A DNA stretch of 63,956 nucleotides, filler included, from Sphacelaria rigidula (taxonomy: Eukaryota): assembly GCA_964200075.2 (NCBI GenBank). It is 6 parts of 6 records of this genome, joined end to end, with 100 filler letters (N's around TTAATTAATTAA, not from the genome) between each part and the next. Parts side by side here need not be neighbours in the genome. Positions count along the whole stretch, not along the records: positions 42,707 to 53,281 come from CAXNAA020006256.1; positions 53,382 to 63,956 come from CAXNAA020006257.1; 4 more parts are not named here. One strand, written 5' to 3'. The translations under genes were made by a program, and so were the position numbers. The first letter of the stretch is position 1. Every line of letters starts with the position of its first letter. The notes beneath the pieces were generated by a model that saw only the letters and a program-made list of their open reading frames with translations, was not told the origin of the DNA and did not search any database. Positions 51,401-63,956 of the stretch are shown here, piece after piece.

Positions 51401-53746
51401 TACGAGTGAGGTGCCATGTTGTTTTTCGATTTACCTGGATTTAGGTCGAAGATAATTCTCGGCCCTAACAGCGACCTCGATGTTCGCGTCTGCGCTGGGG
51501 CGGGTTTCCAGCCCCGGGTACTACAACGGAAGAAACTCGAGTTGCAGGTTCACCCATGTGGCATGTGCAAAATCAAGAACGAATGTTAGAGTTAAGCAAG
51601 CACTAGTATGACTTCCTGTGTGCCGGCTTGCCTAAAGTTGTCAGCAACCTAGCTACCGCAGCGGGTGTGCAGTCGCTCTTGATCAATACGATGCTATAGT
51701 GCGAAAGAGAGCAGTCATCAGGCGACTGTCGCCTGCACTGTGTTGGACACTTCCTTTTGGGGGGGGCAATCCCAGTCAGATTTTCTCACAACCTCGTTTC
51801 TTATGAGACGGCCGCTGCTGTAATTTACTCCACCTCCCCATTCCTCATCAAACATCTTATAGGTATCTACACTCGGAAGAACGCACGCAAGCGCCCCTAT
51901 TCGAATATGACCGGACTCAGTCCTTGTACATGCGGACTAGGATTCATTCGGGTACAATTCGGTTCAGACTGGACATGCAGTTGATTTTGGGGGCGGCATG
52001 ATAATGGACCATTTAAGTGGTCGATAGTGTAGTATGGCAGCTTGTACCCCATATCAGGCGATGTGCACGGTGCCCACTTCCGCTGCCACTTGGTTTTTGC
52101 TGCATATTTCAGCTCTGGAGGAGCTTGCATAGTTTGTGTTTGGCGAGTGAAGAATAAGTGAGATTGATACAAAATATATATTACGTTTTCCCCCCCTGTC
52201 TTGAGCACCTCGTCCATGAGGCTTTCGATAATTCTAGCGTTCAGATAGCGTCGTAGATCAGTGACCATATAGTTGAAGAATTATTCCGACTGGATAGCCA
52301 CACGGGAAAAATACTTGACTATACAGGGGTTGATTGAACGTTCGAGTAGTCCTCACGTGAGCTTGATCACCAGCAGCAAGAAGCTGAGAGACAGTTGAGC
52401 GATGGCTACCCCCAAAGACAGTAAGCACTAAACAGATGCCAGCCGAGAAGATTCGGCTGATGGAAGCCAAGCAGAGATAGTTGATTGAGGCCGCGAAGCA
52501 GGAGGCAAGACGAGACGCAATTGCCAAATTTGAGAGTGAAAGAAGCATGCATACGGAGAGTAGAGGATACGATTGAGAGTAAAGAGCGGTCAATAAGTGA
52601 ATGAACCGTTTCAATTCCTAAAAGCCCCTCTACGAGGCCCGATATGCTTTCTGTAGCAGCTTGCCTCTGAGGCCCTTGATATCCCTGAGCAGGATACCGA
52701 CGTGTAGCTGTAAGCACACGCTAGAGATGGAGCCAAAGAAAAGCACACACGGAATGAAAAAATGGCTATATTAAAGCGAATTATCGAAGCCACTCTCAAT
52801 CAGCGCTCTACTCTCAATATCACGAAAACGTTGATAGAAGTGTCTTGAGTCCCTTATTTCATAGGTCCCGGTTAGGGTTTTCCACGAGTCTAAGGAGGAA
52901 CTGAGAAGATAGTTGGGATATGTTGCAGTAGATAACGCTCAACGAGCTTGGGAAATTACCATCGATAACATCACAGCTCGTCAGATAGTGGATAAGAATT
53001 GATTACTCTTGAGACGGGGTTGGGTGAGTCGCCTCCAGTCTTTGTGAGCAGGGCAAATCTGATAAGACTCAAAAGACAGCAATGCGGCGTTGTGATTCTC
53101 AACACTATCGTATGTGCGTCGTCTGTCATCGGTATTGACATCCAAAGGGCTATGTTGCTTGCAATGCCTGAGATAGACACTGCAACATTAGAACATACCA
53201 TCAAAACTGTGGGGGGGTGTACTCATGATCATGCATGCCGTAGTCATCAGACCATTGACCTCGCATCCCTACAATGCCGGGNNNNNNNNNNNNNNNNNNN
53301 NNNNNNNNNNNNNNNNNNNNNNNNNTTAATTAATTAANNNNNNNNNNNNNNNNNNNNNNNNNNNNNNNNNNNNNNNNNNNNGGGTGTGGCGTGGGGGCGC
53401 GGGGGGTGGTGGGAGGGGTGGGGGGGGGAGGGGGGGGGAGGGGGGGTGAGGGTACACCCTGTTACAACGGATATGTCGATAGCATGTTCCGTACAGCAAA
53501 AGCCGTAAACATGTCATTGAGTTTGGACGGACTGTGCGCTCAAGTCCCGCTGTGCTGCTACACGAAGTTGGTGGTAGGGGTAACGTTGCGACAAGTTGGG
53601 GAAAACATGTCCACAGGAGAAGGGAATAGCAATCCAAGAGTTGAGGGTAACGGCGGCGCATGTGGACCTCAGACTCTAGCAGTGCTTAAAGGACTCGGGC
53701 TGAATGTCAGTTGAGCCAAGATCACCAACGCTGAACCCTTTTCCTC

Positions 53747-53942
53747 ATCGACCGTGAAGACGACCTCGTCTACTCACGACATAGTCACTCTCCGCTGTTG
53801 CGCACAAAGTGAGAAAAAAACTCAGATAATGTACCGTCACCAAGATTCGAACCCATGTCCCAAAACTCAGATAATGTACCGTCACCAAGATTCGAACCCA
53901 TGTCCCGACCGTGAAGGGGTTTACAGCAACTGGGCCACCGGC
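53747..53942 (-). mobile_element. 5' part of a second tRNA-derived SINE, with a 45-bp tandem duplication containing the B box
   Basis: Minus-strand head GGTGGCCCAGTTG..GGGTTCGAATC. AAAACTCAGATAATGTACCGTCACCAAGATTCGAACCCATGTCCC occurs twice (53817-53906). Body resembles the 27495/59716 SINE. Confidence 0.7.
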
Positions 53943-55753
53943 AGTTGGTACCAACAGAGCCGCTGTCTGTGATTTATCCAGCAATGCACCCATCGGAGTC
54001 ATCGTACCAAGGATGTGTTTAAAACAGTGTTGTTTCCTTTCGATAATATGGAGGTATTAGGGCACGAGACGTGTAACTTCCTGTAGATACTGTCATATTC
54101 CGAAGGTTTCACTTGTCCGAGACCAAGGTTGGAAATCATCACGGAAAGAAGAGCGGGGACTTACTTCCACCATGAAGAGCTCGCCTCAAGGGCGGTCTGC
54201 GGACGTGAAGAAAGCTGCATCGCTTGCGAGTTATGTAACAGGATAGATTGCAAGCGATTTCTACTGGAAAAACGTGCCGGCTCGGTAGTGCACGACGAAG
54301 TTCGTGAAGGGTTATGTACGTGCGGGCCCCACCCCGTCTGCACTGGTCCGAACACAAGTGATGCAGTACAGCACATCATATACTGCGGGCCGGCTGCAAT
54401 AGAGACCGCGCACCACCCGCATCAGTGACGCCTGTAGCTGCACAACGTGCTCGATGCACAGTAGCAACGTGCAAGGTGATATGGCACACCGCAGAACGTA
54501 ACATCCTTCGTATATCTCTGCCCTGCAGTGATTTCCACCTGTCTTCCGTAGTTCACCACAACATGTACCCAGTCGCTTCTGCTGCCGTCAATGTGTACGG
54601 GTAATACCACCCGTCGCAGGTCCAGATTTTCGTAACCCGACCGTCTTGCAGCTCAACTCGACAACATATTTCAGCACTGTGCGCAGTACACTTGTTTTCA
54701 AGTTGAACAGAAATATCTCGTCCATCGTTGTACAGATCACACACTTGCACGGTTCATGCCGCCAGCATATATCTCACACACAACTAGACGATCGAAACAC
54801 TGCACACACTCATCACAGGTCATACACAGGTCATACACAGGTCATACATGCGAGTATTTTATTAAGGCAGACTGCGGGGTGTATGTTGCGCATATCCAAT
54901 GTTGGACATGTGACCCCATAGAACGGGAACATTTTTCGTGGTTTGAGTCGCGGGGGCTCACGTGGCGTTGAGAGCACTGGCCGCATACCAAGCATCGGAA
55001 TGGAGGGGACTCTGCAACCGTAGGGGGTGAGAACCTTCCTTCACAGTACGAATGTGAGTATGCACCAGCTGTACTTGCTCGGGTGGCAACTGTACTGTTG
55101 TCCTCCATCTAGTAAACGGGGGGCGCCGCTGCCTAAATACAACGCCACATCCATGCATGCATGCAGTGGGCCTTGTTGGTGAGTTTCGCTGTGATGCAAT
55201 ATCCGCACCAAGAGAGCTGGATTGAACTCAGCCATCGAAGTACCCCCAATTTCCCTGCAACATTCAATCCTTGCCTGCTTGCCTACTCTTGCAGAGACCA
55301 ACGCTGTTGATGTGCAACTGCCCCGCACAGGGCTAGCGACCATCTTATACTCCTAGAACCTACAGGGTAGAACATCTAAATCGGAACAATCGAATCCAAC
55401 TCGTCCGTTTTTGTTCTTCATTGTCGTCCGTGTCATCAGAATAGTGTCTCCTGTTCAAGACGCGTGCACGAAATACTTGCCTGCTTTCCAACCGATCCAT
55501 TGGTATGCCCATTCGAAGTCATCCCCCAGCCGTCCCAGCTTGCACGAAAGCAATTTTCTTTGGCGGGTGTATGTGCTAGCACTAGACACTGCCTCCGCGT
55601 CGAATGCGCTCGAAGTTTTGATGACTGAAAATTAGCACTCAGACCCGCAGTCAACATCCATCGCGGTCTGAGAAATGTTTGCCGTCCAAGCCATAGATGA
55701 TGGTTGGGGTGCATCACCTGTATCAAAACGGCGCCATCACCGTGATCAGCACC

Positions 55754-58700
55754 ATGTCGTCGTTCATGCAAGATACAAGAGATCCTGAAGAAAGCCTTAT
55801 CCTTCTAGAGCTTCTAGGAGAAGGGTGAGTATTCTTTGTGCTGTCATGGTATGTCCCCACGTTGGATTTTTTAAATCGGCCGACACGCCGGAGTCGTGCG
55901 GTGCATTCATGGCGGAGCACCTTCATACTACGGTAGTCCGTAGTACGGTAGTCTCGGCACAGCATGCCAGTATGCCAGTATGCCAGCCTTGTGCGTATCG
56001 TGTATGGTTTTGTGTAGTGAGATGTAACCCGTTTAGGGTATGTGTCTGCCTGCCGTCTTTTTCATCAGGCCTTGCAGTAGAACAGGACAACACAGGGTAG
56101 TGGTGTAACATCAGTGGTAGCTCACAGCACAGGCAGGATACCGGGACGATGAACAGCATACGACCGCATTTTGTCGTACAGTGGTAAATCTCCGTGATTT
56201 TCCTCAGGAGCGTTGGCATGTTCTCTCTGCTTCAAACTTCCGCCATGTGCAGGTCGTATGGAGCGGTGTACCGAGCGGAACGACGGAGCGATGGGACTGA
56301 AGTAGCCGTAAAAATCATCCCGGCGGATAATCCCGCTGACTTGCTGAAAGAGGTCGACATTATGTTGGCTTGTGCAAGCCCTTACATAGTCCAGTTGCAC
56401 GACTGCTTCTACAAGGTACGAAACTGAAGATGGTGCAGTACAAAGTAGTAGAGAGCACCTATCACCCATCAGCAGGGAGGTTTGTACGGTCATTTACTCG
56501 ACTTCAGGGTGTACGGGAGCCTTCTCGTTATTTCACTGGTGCTCTCAGCTGCAAAGCACCCACACATGCATCTTGTGCGACGAGCACAGGCCAAATTGAA
56601 GCTCAACCGCTATCCTGACCCTTTGACTGCCAAGGTTCTAGCTGCTGAAGTGGCATCATTTTCACTTGAAAAATAATCGGAATACCCGGATGACCCACCT
56701 AGCCGCCAAAGGGTTCATTCATTATACTCTCGAGTACGCGTAAAATGCTACTGCCAACGGCTATTTGAATCGCACGGTTCGTGCGACGAAGGTTTGAACA
56801 TGCGCACATACCCCGCTACGTGCGAATCAGCTTGTGAGTACACTGTTGAACTACACCATCTGACCTTCCTCAAGCTGGTTGTATGGTGGCGTACTGTATA
56901 CTGTAACGGTACGAAGGGTGGGGTGCTGCGCCGCTCACTGTTGTCGCTGCACACCGTTGACATGTTCCTGGTGTGCAACGATGACAAAACAGTACAGTCG
57001 ACACAGGGGGTCTCAACTACACTATGTTTTGTAGAGTTAATCGGGACTGACCATCGGTCGGTAATATATTGTCTTTCCCTTGCTCAAAAAAATAAATCAA
57101 CCATCCAACCATCCATCCTCAAACAATCTTTAATTTAATTAACTTTGATTATTTATAACCCGTATTATTACTTTCAAATAATATTATGTTGATCGAACAT
57201 GAAAAAAAATCGGGGAGATAGCTTCACCGATAGTTTTGGAGGGGTTTCATACAGAGTGGAGATGCATCAAAACAAGGGGAAGCGGAGTTCATAGACAATC
57301 CCGTGCTTTGCACCACCACAGAGCACAGACACGCAGACGGGTACATAGTACAGCTGTGGACTACAAGTACGCACGCGTGCTGTTCTCAAGGAACTCCGAC
57401 GCTGGAGAGGGTGTACAGCAGAATGCGGCCCCCGCTGGCGGTGGGGCTTCGCGCAAATCGGAGTAAAATATGAAAGTCATAATATAATAGTGCAGTCCGC
57501 GCTTGAGAGGTCCACGGTAAGGACAAATCATCACGGATTCGAATCACCAAACCCACGATTTCTTCGGCCTGATTACCCAAAAGGGAGAAAAAGTTGACCG
57601 CTGGTCCACGAGGTATTCATGCAACTTTTGCGCCATTCCACATGTCTGGGCTGCGTGTACCTGGGTTGCAACGCTGAAAACAAAGCCTAGAGATTGATTC
57701 GTGCGATTCGCATCAATTCCACTACAACCAAGTATTTTCCAGACGAATCATTGATTTGTCCGACCCTTGGAGAGATCCAAGCCGACACACCGTTCGCCCA
57801 CGGTGTGATGTTGGATGTTTGGAAAGCACTTGGCAGATATTCTTGCACAGCACAAAATCCTCTGGCGTGCTGGCGTGTCATTTCTCACGTAAATACGTTG
57901 GGAAAGCAGGGGAACTCAGTAGGATATATCCGTCGGTGTGTGGTGTGGGTTGTCGAAAGAACGGAACTTCAGTATCAAACAAAAAAAAAGTACCCGATGT
58001 TGGTTGAGCACGGGAGCACAGTAGAGTGTACTTGTCGGGGTGTGGTGTCGCTTGTTTTAAGAAAAAAGAGATTGTACTAATCAACCCATCTAGAGAGTAC
58101 CCGACAAAGAGATTAATTCTCAACAGATTGTGTACGCTTGTACACGTTCGTCAAAAGACAGAACCCCCACCCCCCCCAAACGTTACACAAAAACCTTGCA
58201 CATATCCTGTCTCCTTCCTGATTCGCCGTCTGTGGTCACGATCTATCCCCCAGTGTGGCGATCGTTTTCTCGCTACTCCTAGGGTTGCTCCTTTCCAATT
58301 ATATGGAGGCATTGTACGGAAATTATGACTCATCATCCGCAGCGTCAGTCGGAGACGGTCATACTCTAAGGCCTAAAATATGGTGAGAGACTAGAGGGCA
58401 GACGTCCTTGGAAGAGAGTTCTCCACATCAGCACAGATTCCTGGCGCTACAGACCAGCTTTCGCGCGTTTGATAGCTAGATGGGAGAGGATGCGTATCAC
58501 TACGAAGGTGGAAAGAGTTTGTGCACGATATGTATCCGCGCACGGTAATACCCGACGAAGTTGACACTGAGTGTTCCAAGTGCCAGTACAACGAGTACTG
58601 TACTATGGAACTGACTGTACGATGCGAGCCACGCCTCTACTGGGCTAGAATACCCGCGATTCATTCGTGAAAGAAATCGAATTGCAGCTCGCACTCTGTC

Positions 58701-61700
58701 CTATTCTAGAACCAAGTGGAAACTCCTTACAGGGGCGATCACGTGCATGCCAGAGGAGGGTAAATATCTTCACGTGGGAGCACACTACGGAAGAATATCT
58801 GATTAATTCTGATAGAAGAAAGCTACAGCAACTGCCTTTGTTATTTTCAGACAGTCGTGGTAACGCCCACGCTAGGCCTGGCGCTGTGAGGGAGGAGACG
58901 TTGCCCCCTGCCCGAGCAGGTCCGCAGTGGTCCTTGACAGAAGACACTCATCTCCTCGGCTGCGTTGTGCGGCCGCATCTTGCTCGGCACGGCGTATAAA
59001 ACTCAGGGGCATCTGCCTGTAACACGTGGAGGACCTCAACTGGTGGTCATTTCCGGCTTTGATGCCAGCTTCGACCAACAGGGGGCCGATGTAAACAACA
59101 AGGATGGCAAGATCTACTCCTGTCTCCGCGCGGATTTCATATCGTTACCCTCTAGAATTGTCATCAGAAAAAAAAAATGTTTTCGGGATCACTGCAGCAT
59201 CGTGCATAATCATCCTTTCAAGCCACGCAGCGCACAAAACGCCTTGGATCGCCGAAACTGCTGCGTCAACTCCTGCCTGTGGCTTCAGTCTACACATACG
59301 TCAAGTTTCAGCATTGTTGGGGTGCATAATCTCCAAAAATACCGCCTCCATATTATTGAAAAGGAATAGCACTGTGTTTACGAGTAACGTATCAAACAGT
59401 TTCATGCAACCTTCGGTTACTTTCCACATTTCCCCATCCGACACGTCCCGTTCCTCCGTTTATAGTCCACATTCGGCCACTGTGAGTTGTACTCTCCACG
59501 TTTTGCCATCCCACAGCGGCTATTCTGTACATCTAGTCCCCCTTCACTCGACTACTGCTATACCTCCTTTCTGGCAGATCTAGGTCTCCCACCCGAAATC
59601 GCAGTTTCACTTTTTTTGCCAAGCCCACTGGGCGATGCAGATATGTTATCATTCTTCTACCCTCTCTCAACCCCGCGTAAACCTTCAGCTACTTTTCCTT
59701 GTCTACTTTACTAACCGATCGCCCCGGTGGCTCAGTTAGTAACCTCGAAATCTTCTACCGGTTGGGTCGTGGGTTCAAATCTCGGCTGATCTGGGTTTTT
59801 TTTCTTACACCATGCCCAACAGTGGAGAGCGACTATGTGGTGGGTACACAGATTTCGACTTAACGGTCGACGAGGGAAAGGGCCTGCATAACCTCTCTCG
59901 CGATAAAAAATGAAGGCAAGCACCGCCGAAGAAAGGTAGGGTACTAAAGAGAAATGAAGACAAAAAAGCTCCTGTTTGACCCCGGCTGGTACGCCCACGT
60001 ATACCGAAAGGTGTGAACAGGCGTCCAGAATAAATGGGACGACAATACAACACACACTTTGCGTCTTAGCGCTTCTTCTTCCCTTGTTTCCATTATGGTT
60101 CTTACTTTGGTTTTGTACTCGCCACATTCACCTATGGGCCCATGTCCTGCCATACTTTATCGACTACGCTCTTCCACCTTTTTCCAGCCTGCACTTCCGT
60201 TACTTGATTCCATACGGCCCTAGCAACTTTGACTGGCAAATTCTTGGCATGCTCCTTACGCTATACGAGCTGGGCCAGCCAACAATAGGTGGTTCTCTCG
60301 CTCAGGCGACGCACGACGCGATATTAGGAGATGGACGCTAAAATTTTGACAGCAGCTTTTTATGATCAACATGAAAAATATCACGTGAGCAGCGGAGAAA
60401 AATAGAAGAAAACAGGAAGTTATGGGGATTTTAAATTTCAGCAATAACACGATAATGTCATTGGTCCAGGAAAAAAATGAGAATCTACAGCTGCTCACGG
60501 GACGTATCCTTTCCTTGAGTGCAGAAGGTCTTCGTGAAAATTTCAGCTGAAGAGTCGTCGAATTTGGCCGTGCGTGCAATGTTCTGCGTGACGCTGCTGC
60601 ACCTCACCAATACCCAGTGCGGGGTGACTGCTGACGTGGACCCACCGCATTGAAAAAAGCACTCCGACACGCTGTCGCCCAACGATATGAGGCGCACCCC
60701 GTACTCCATACAGTACAATAACGTCATCGGCAATACGACGCCAATCGAACGGTTACGCAGTCCTTTGTCATCATGTGGGTCTGCGGTTCACAGTGATACT
60801 TCCATGGGGTTCATTCGGGAAACTGGGAAAGCTGTGGTGTGAGCAAGTTTTGCCGCTTTTAAGCTGGCCCAGCTCGTATTGCCATTTCAGACTTCTCAGG
60901 TTTCTATTTGTTCCAAGTGGGTACAATCCCAATTCTGTTCTCAACGTTGTAGTACTCATCGTTTTTGAGCATACAGGTATTTTCGAAGATGCTGTCATCT
61001 GTACTGTTTCCAGCTTTAAGTTCGCGTTCCCCTCCCATAGTTCTCCTGCATATTCCAGCTTTGGTGCAATCACATTCATCAGAATACACCTCTTGATCGT
61101 AATATCTAGGTGCGAATCTCTTAGAATCATCGTCACCTTGCCTATCTGTGCCTTAGCCGTTAATATTTATTTATTTATTTCCTCGTCTAGCATATTAAGC
61201 ACTTTTGCCACATTCTGCCATCTTCTCCACCATTCTCCACAATTTTATTCTGATCCGAGTTGCCCACATATTTCCCCACAGCCCATTTGTCCATAGTGTG
61301 TTGGCCTTTTGTATATCTAGAAAGAAATAGTACGTTGTCAGCCCGGCATCTTTCCTACCTTGAAGAATGTTACGTTTGTATGCACATTGTCTACGCAACT
61401 ACAGGGGGGTGGAGGGGGAAATTGGACTCGCACAGCGAACGCCCTCGACTTCGCTCGATCGCTCCCTGTGCTCGCCCGGCTCTATGCGCTCGATTTGTAT
61501 TACCGTAGTATCGAAGTTGTTCTGTTGGATCCTGTGAGTTTGAAGCCGCAGGTTCTGTCTCTTCGATAGTTTTTCTCGATTGAACCAATTCCGATCGCTC
61601 TCGTGAAAAGCAATAACTGTTTTCTGAAATTCTACTGATTCGTTGCGCTACTGTAAAAGCAAAAAACTACGTTTTTTAGTCCAATAAAAAAAGAACACCC

Positions 61701-62887
61701 TCCTGACAAAAGAGGTCTTACTCCGTATCACCCCGACGACACCAACTTGTTTTTTTTCGTCCTGAGCACATGTTTTATTTCCCAATATCTATCGACTCAT
61801 GAGTGCTAGAGAATCAAATATAAGAATCCAATTACAAAATTCGGCTCGTTTGTTTGCAGACTAGTACTGTTATCATTTCGTTTATTGCTACCGATACACA
61901 AGCCTAGCAGCGAGGAATTGGATGGTGCGGAGTTCCGAACCCGAACATTAGGGCGAGATCCTTCACCAGCCACACGCGTCATGTCCTGAACAATCAAACC
62001 AGACTTGCTCTTGACATTCTCGCTTTTCATTGCCATTTGTGTTGATTCCCAACGCTATGCTCTGCTTGCTCTGTTATCAGCCATGAACCACCCCTCGCCC
62101 TTGCCGGATGTAGAGAGATACTTCGGGGGGCTGATGTTCCGTCGCATTTTTTGTGGAATTTTCATTTGTAGACGCACGTTTCATACGGCACCTCGATGGA
62201 CGCCTCTGCCGCCCAAACTCTAATGCTCCCACCACTTTCCCGCGTTTGCAGGTGCTCAGTCTCGAAAGGAATGCGTGGTCAATGGTCAAACGACTAAGGC
62301 AAGCAACAAATGAGTACGCCCTCCCCCCCCCTCCCCTGCCCTTCCTCTGAATGCTATCTGCGCGTGGCACAGGACAACGAGGCATGGCTTGTCATGGATT
62401 TTGTCGGGGGCGGGAGTGTATGCGACATTTTGGAAGCGTGCGAAGTCACACTGTCAGAGGGAGAGGCCCGAGAGTGCGCAGCGTGGACAGTACTTGCGCT
62501 GGACTACTTACACAGTAATAGAAAATTGCACCGGGTGAGCTGCGGACTGCCTGCGGACAGCGTAATCGTTTTCTGCATGACGCTCAAGAGCGTGGCTATG
62601 GTTTGGATGGAGCTACAGTCTTTAGCATCAGCGTGATGCACACCCTTGATAATGACAAAAGCCTACATTTAGCAAAAGTGTTCTGCGTACAGTATGTAAC
62701 ATCGCGCCAACTGTCTACGGTGTGACTTGATAGCTGACACTAGATGGGTGTGCTCCCCTAAAGTATCTGCTGTTCGCATCGTGGCTGGTTTTTTACGCAT
62801 TTCATCATGCAGGACGTGAAGGCGGGAAATATTCTTCTGACTCTAGACGGCCGCGCGAAGTTGGCCGATTTCGGGGTTTCCAAGGAG
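55754..62887 (+). CDS. 5' half of an STE20 family (MST1/2-Hippo-like) Ser/Thr kinase; exons 55754-55824, 56253-56415, 62373-62534, 62813-62887
   Basis: Spliced translation MSSFMQDTRDPEESLILLELLGEG|SYGAVYRA..VAVKII..LLKEVDIM..YIVQLHDCFYK|DNEAWLVMDFVGGGSVCDI..YLHSNRKLHR|DVKAGNILLTLDGRAKLADFGVSKE. All introns GT-AG and phase-consistent. Confidence 0.93.
59716..60057 (+). mobile_element. tRNA-derived SINE nested in the LINE
   Basis: A box TGGCTCAGTTAG, B box GGTTCAAATC, CA tail; collinear with 27495-27895. Confidence 0.85.
60266..60876. mobile_element. Tc1/mariner-type MITE nested in the LINE
   Basis: TA|CGAGCTGGGCCAGC...GCTGGCCCAGCTCG|TA, a perfect 14-bp TIR. Removing it rejoins LINE codons KWQY-SVRSMP. 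Confidence 0.88.
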
Positions 62888-63867
62888 GTGAGACTTTTTG
62901 GGGGGAAGCAGTACCCTTATCATGAGCTGGCTACAGAAGCATAAGAGTCTTTCCCTACATCCTTCGTAAATAGCTGCGATTGAGAAGCCCAGCCTAGCAC
63001 ATTTACTTGTACACCATGTAAGAGCAAACGATCATATTGTTGAGCGATCTAAAATGCAGTTACTCTGCTTCGATGTCAACCCGAGTGTTGATTTTTAAAT
63101 TCGAAAATCTTGCAGCTTTGATGATGACACTCATGCCCATGCCCTATAGATGATGACGAGTGACCCCACTGTGTTCCGTTCTAAAATCTACTCTACACCT
63201 GAAGTCGATCCATATTAATGCTTGAGCCATCCCGTGGCAGGTAGGGTATGTTGTAACGAAATGGTCGCCTGAACCTAAGCCGACTTCCAGACCCTTCTTG
63301 AGGCAGTGAAGAGTACTGAAGAGTGTTTTTGATGTTGAAATTCCGCGACGTATAGCTTGTTGACGCACTAGTTCCGTGACAACGCACGTTTACAAGTGTG
63401 GACTCGTGAGGTCTTTTACATGGCCATGGCGCGCGCTTTCTGGCAGTGCATCATTTCTTGCGGAGCGAGACAAGTGTCACGAGAGATCTTCAAGCGTTGA
63501 GACGACGGACCCGTGTGGGGGTGCTCCATCGCCTTTTTTTTCATTGTTGATTCAGATGCCACCCGCTTGTGTACAGTTCTGTAGGCTGGTTCACGCTCAC
63601 AACCTAAAATTGTGCCATCAGCAAAAATGCATTTCGCAATATTTACCCGATAGTCGCATACATGGATATATACCATACTCACCACCATGAAAAGCTGAAG
63701 AGCGTGACACAGCTGGATTTGTGTCATACTGGTAGCGCGAAGGGCGAAAAGGTACTTCGACCAATCAGCGCCCTTCAAATTGTTCTGAAATTGAATACAC
63801 GAGTTCCAAGCCCAATTTTCACCGAACGTCCACATGCCTCAAATCGTGATGATCGCCATTGCGCACC

Positions 63868-63902
<35 letters not shown>

Positions 63903-63956
63903 ACGCCCCCCCCCGCCCCCCCGCTGCGCAGGCGTGCCCCCGCCCCCGGGGGGGCG

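Larger units (their letters stand above)
59340..61375 (-). mobile_element. Degenerate LINE ORF2 (RT and C-terminal region) in kinase intron 2
   Basis: TTYYFFLDIQKA..WTNGLW..IRIKLWRMV (RT motif) and KRCILMNVIAPKLEYAGELW..LRTELGLYPL..LKWQY, continuing across two nested insertions. Confidence 0.85.

Noticed and set aside
54530-54625. Ulp1-like protease fragment VVLPVHIDGSRSDWVHVVVN (minus strand)
   Set aside because: Short, the expected catalytic His before W is absent, and no other motifs were found.
58965-59120. Ankyrin-like GADVNNKDG in the kinase intron
   Set aside because: A single isolated motif without the TPLH helix pair.
31138-62887. GPCR, ion channel and kinase as a signalling cluster
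   Set aside because: They lie on different, artificially joined scaffolds.
63868-63956. Poly-C/GC tract as a G-quadruplex regulatory element
   Set aside because: It is low-complexity scaffold-end sequence of doubtful accuracy, like 32032-32045 and 53382-53450.

Overview
This is eukaryotic, intron-rich, roughly 50% GC, repeat-dense DNA. Gene and repeat style suggests a brown alga or other stramenopile (inference). The window is not one locus. It is six unrelated scaffolds sorted by size (1-10578, 10679-21255, 21356-31931, 32032-42606, 42707-53281, 53382-63956; lengths 10578/10577/10576/10575/10575/10575), joined by artificial 100-bp N44-TTAATTAATTAA-N44 linkers. I reconstructed five partial host genes by hand from splice sites: (1) a multi-exon gene of unknown function in scaffold 1; (2) a GCR1/cAMP-receptor-like 7TM exon in scaffold 3; (3) the 3' end of a class I SAM methyltransferase in scaffold 4; (4) a candidate two-TM trimeric ion channel of the PAC(TMEM206)/DEG-ENaC/P2X type in scaffold 5, which is the most interesting item; (5) the 5' half of an STE20/MST(Hippo)-like kinase in scaffold 6. 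The rest is transposon-derived: decayed Copia, Gypsy and LINE elements, tRNA-derived SINEs, an internally deleted hAT, several MITE families (hAT-, Tc1/mariner-, piggyBac- and CAC-ended), a nested foldback element, and an abundant poly-G-ended repeat that coincides with many scaffold ends. No rRNA, canonical tRNA or CRISPR array is supported.
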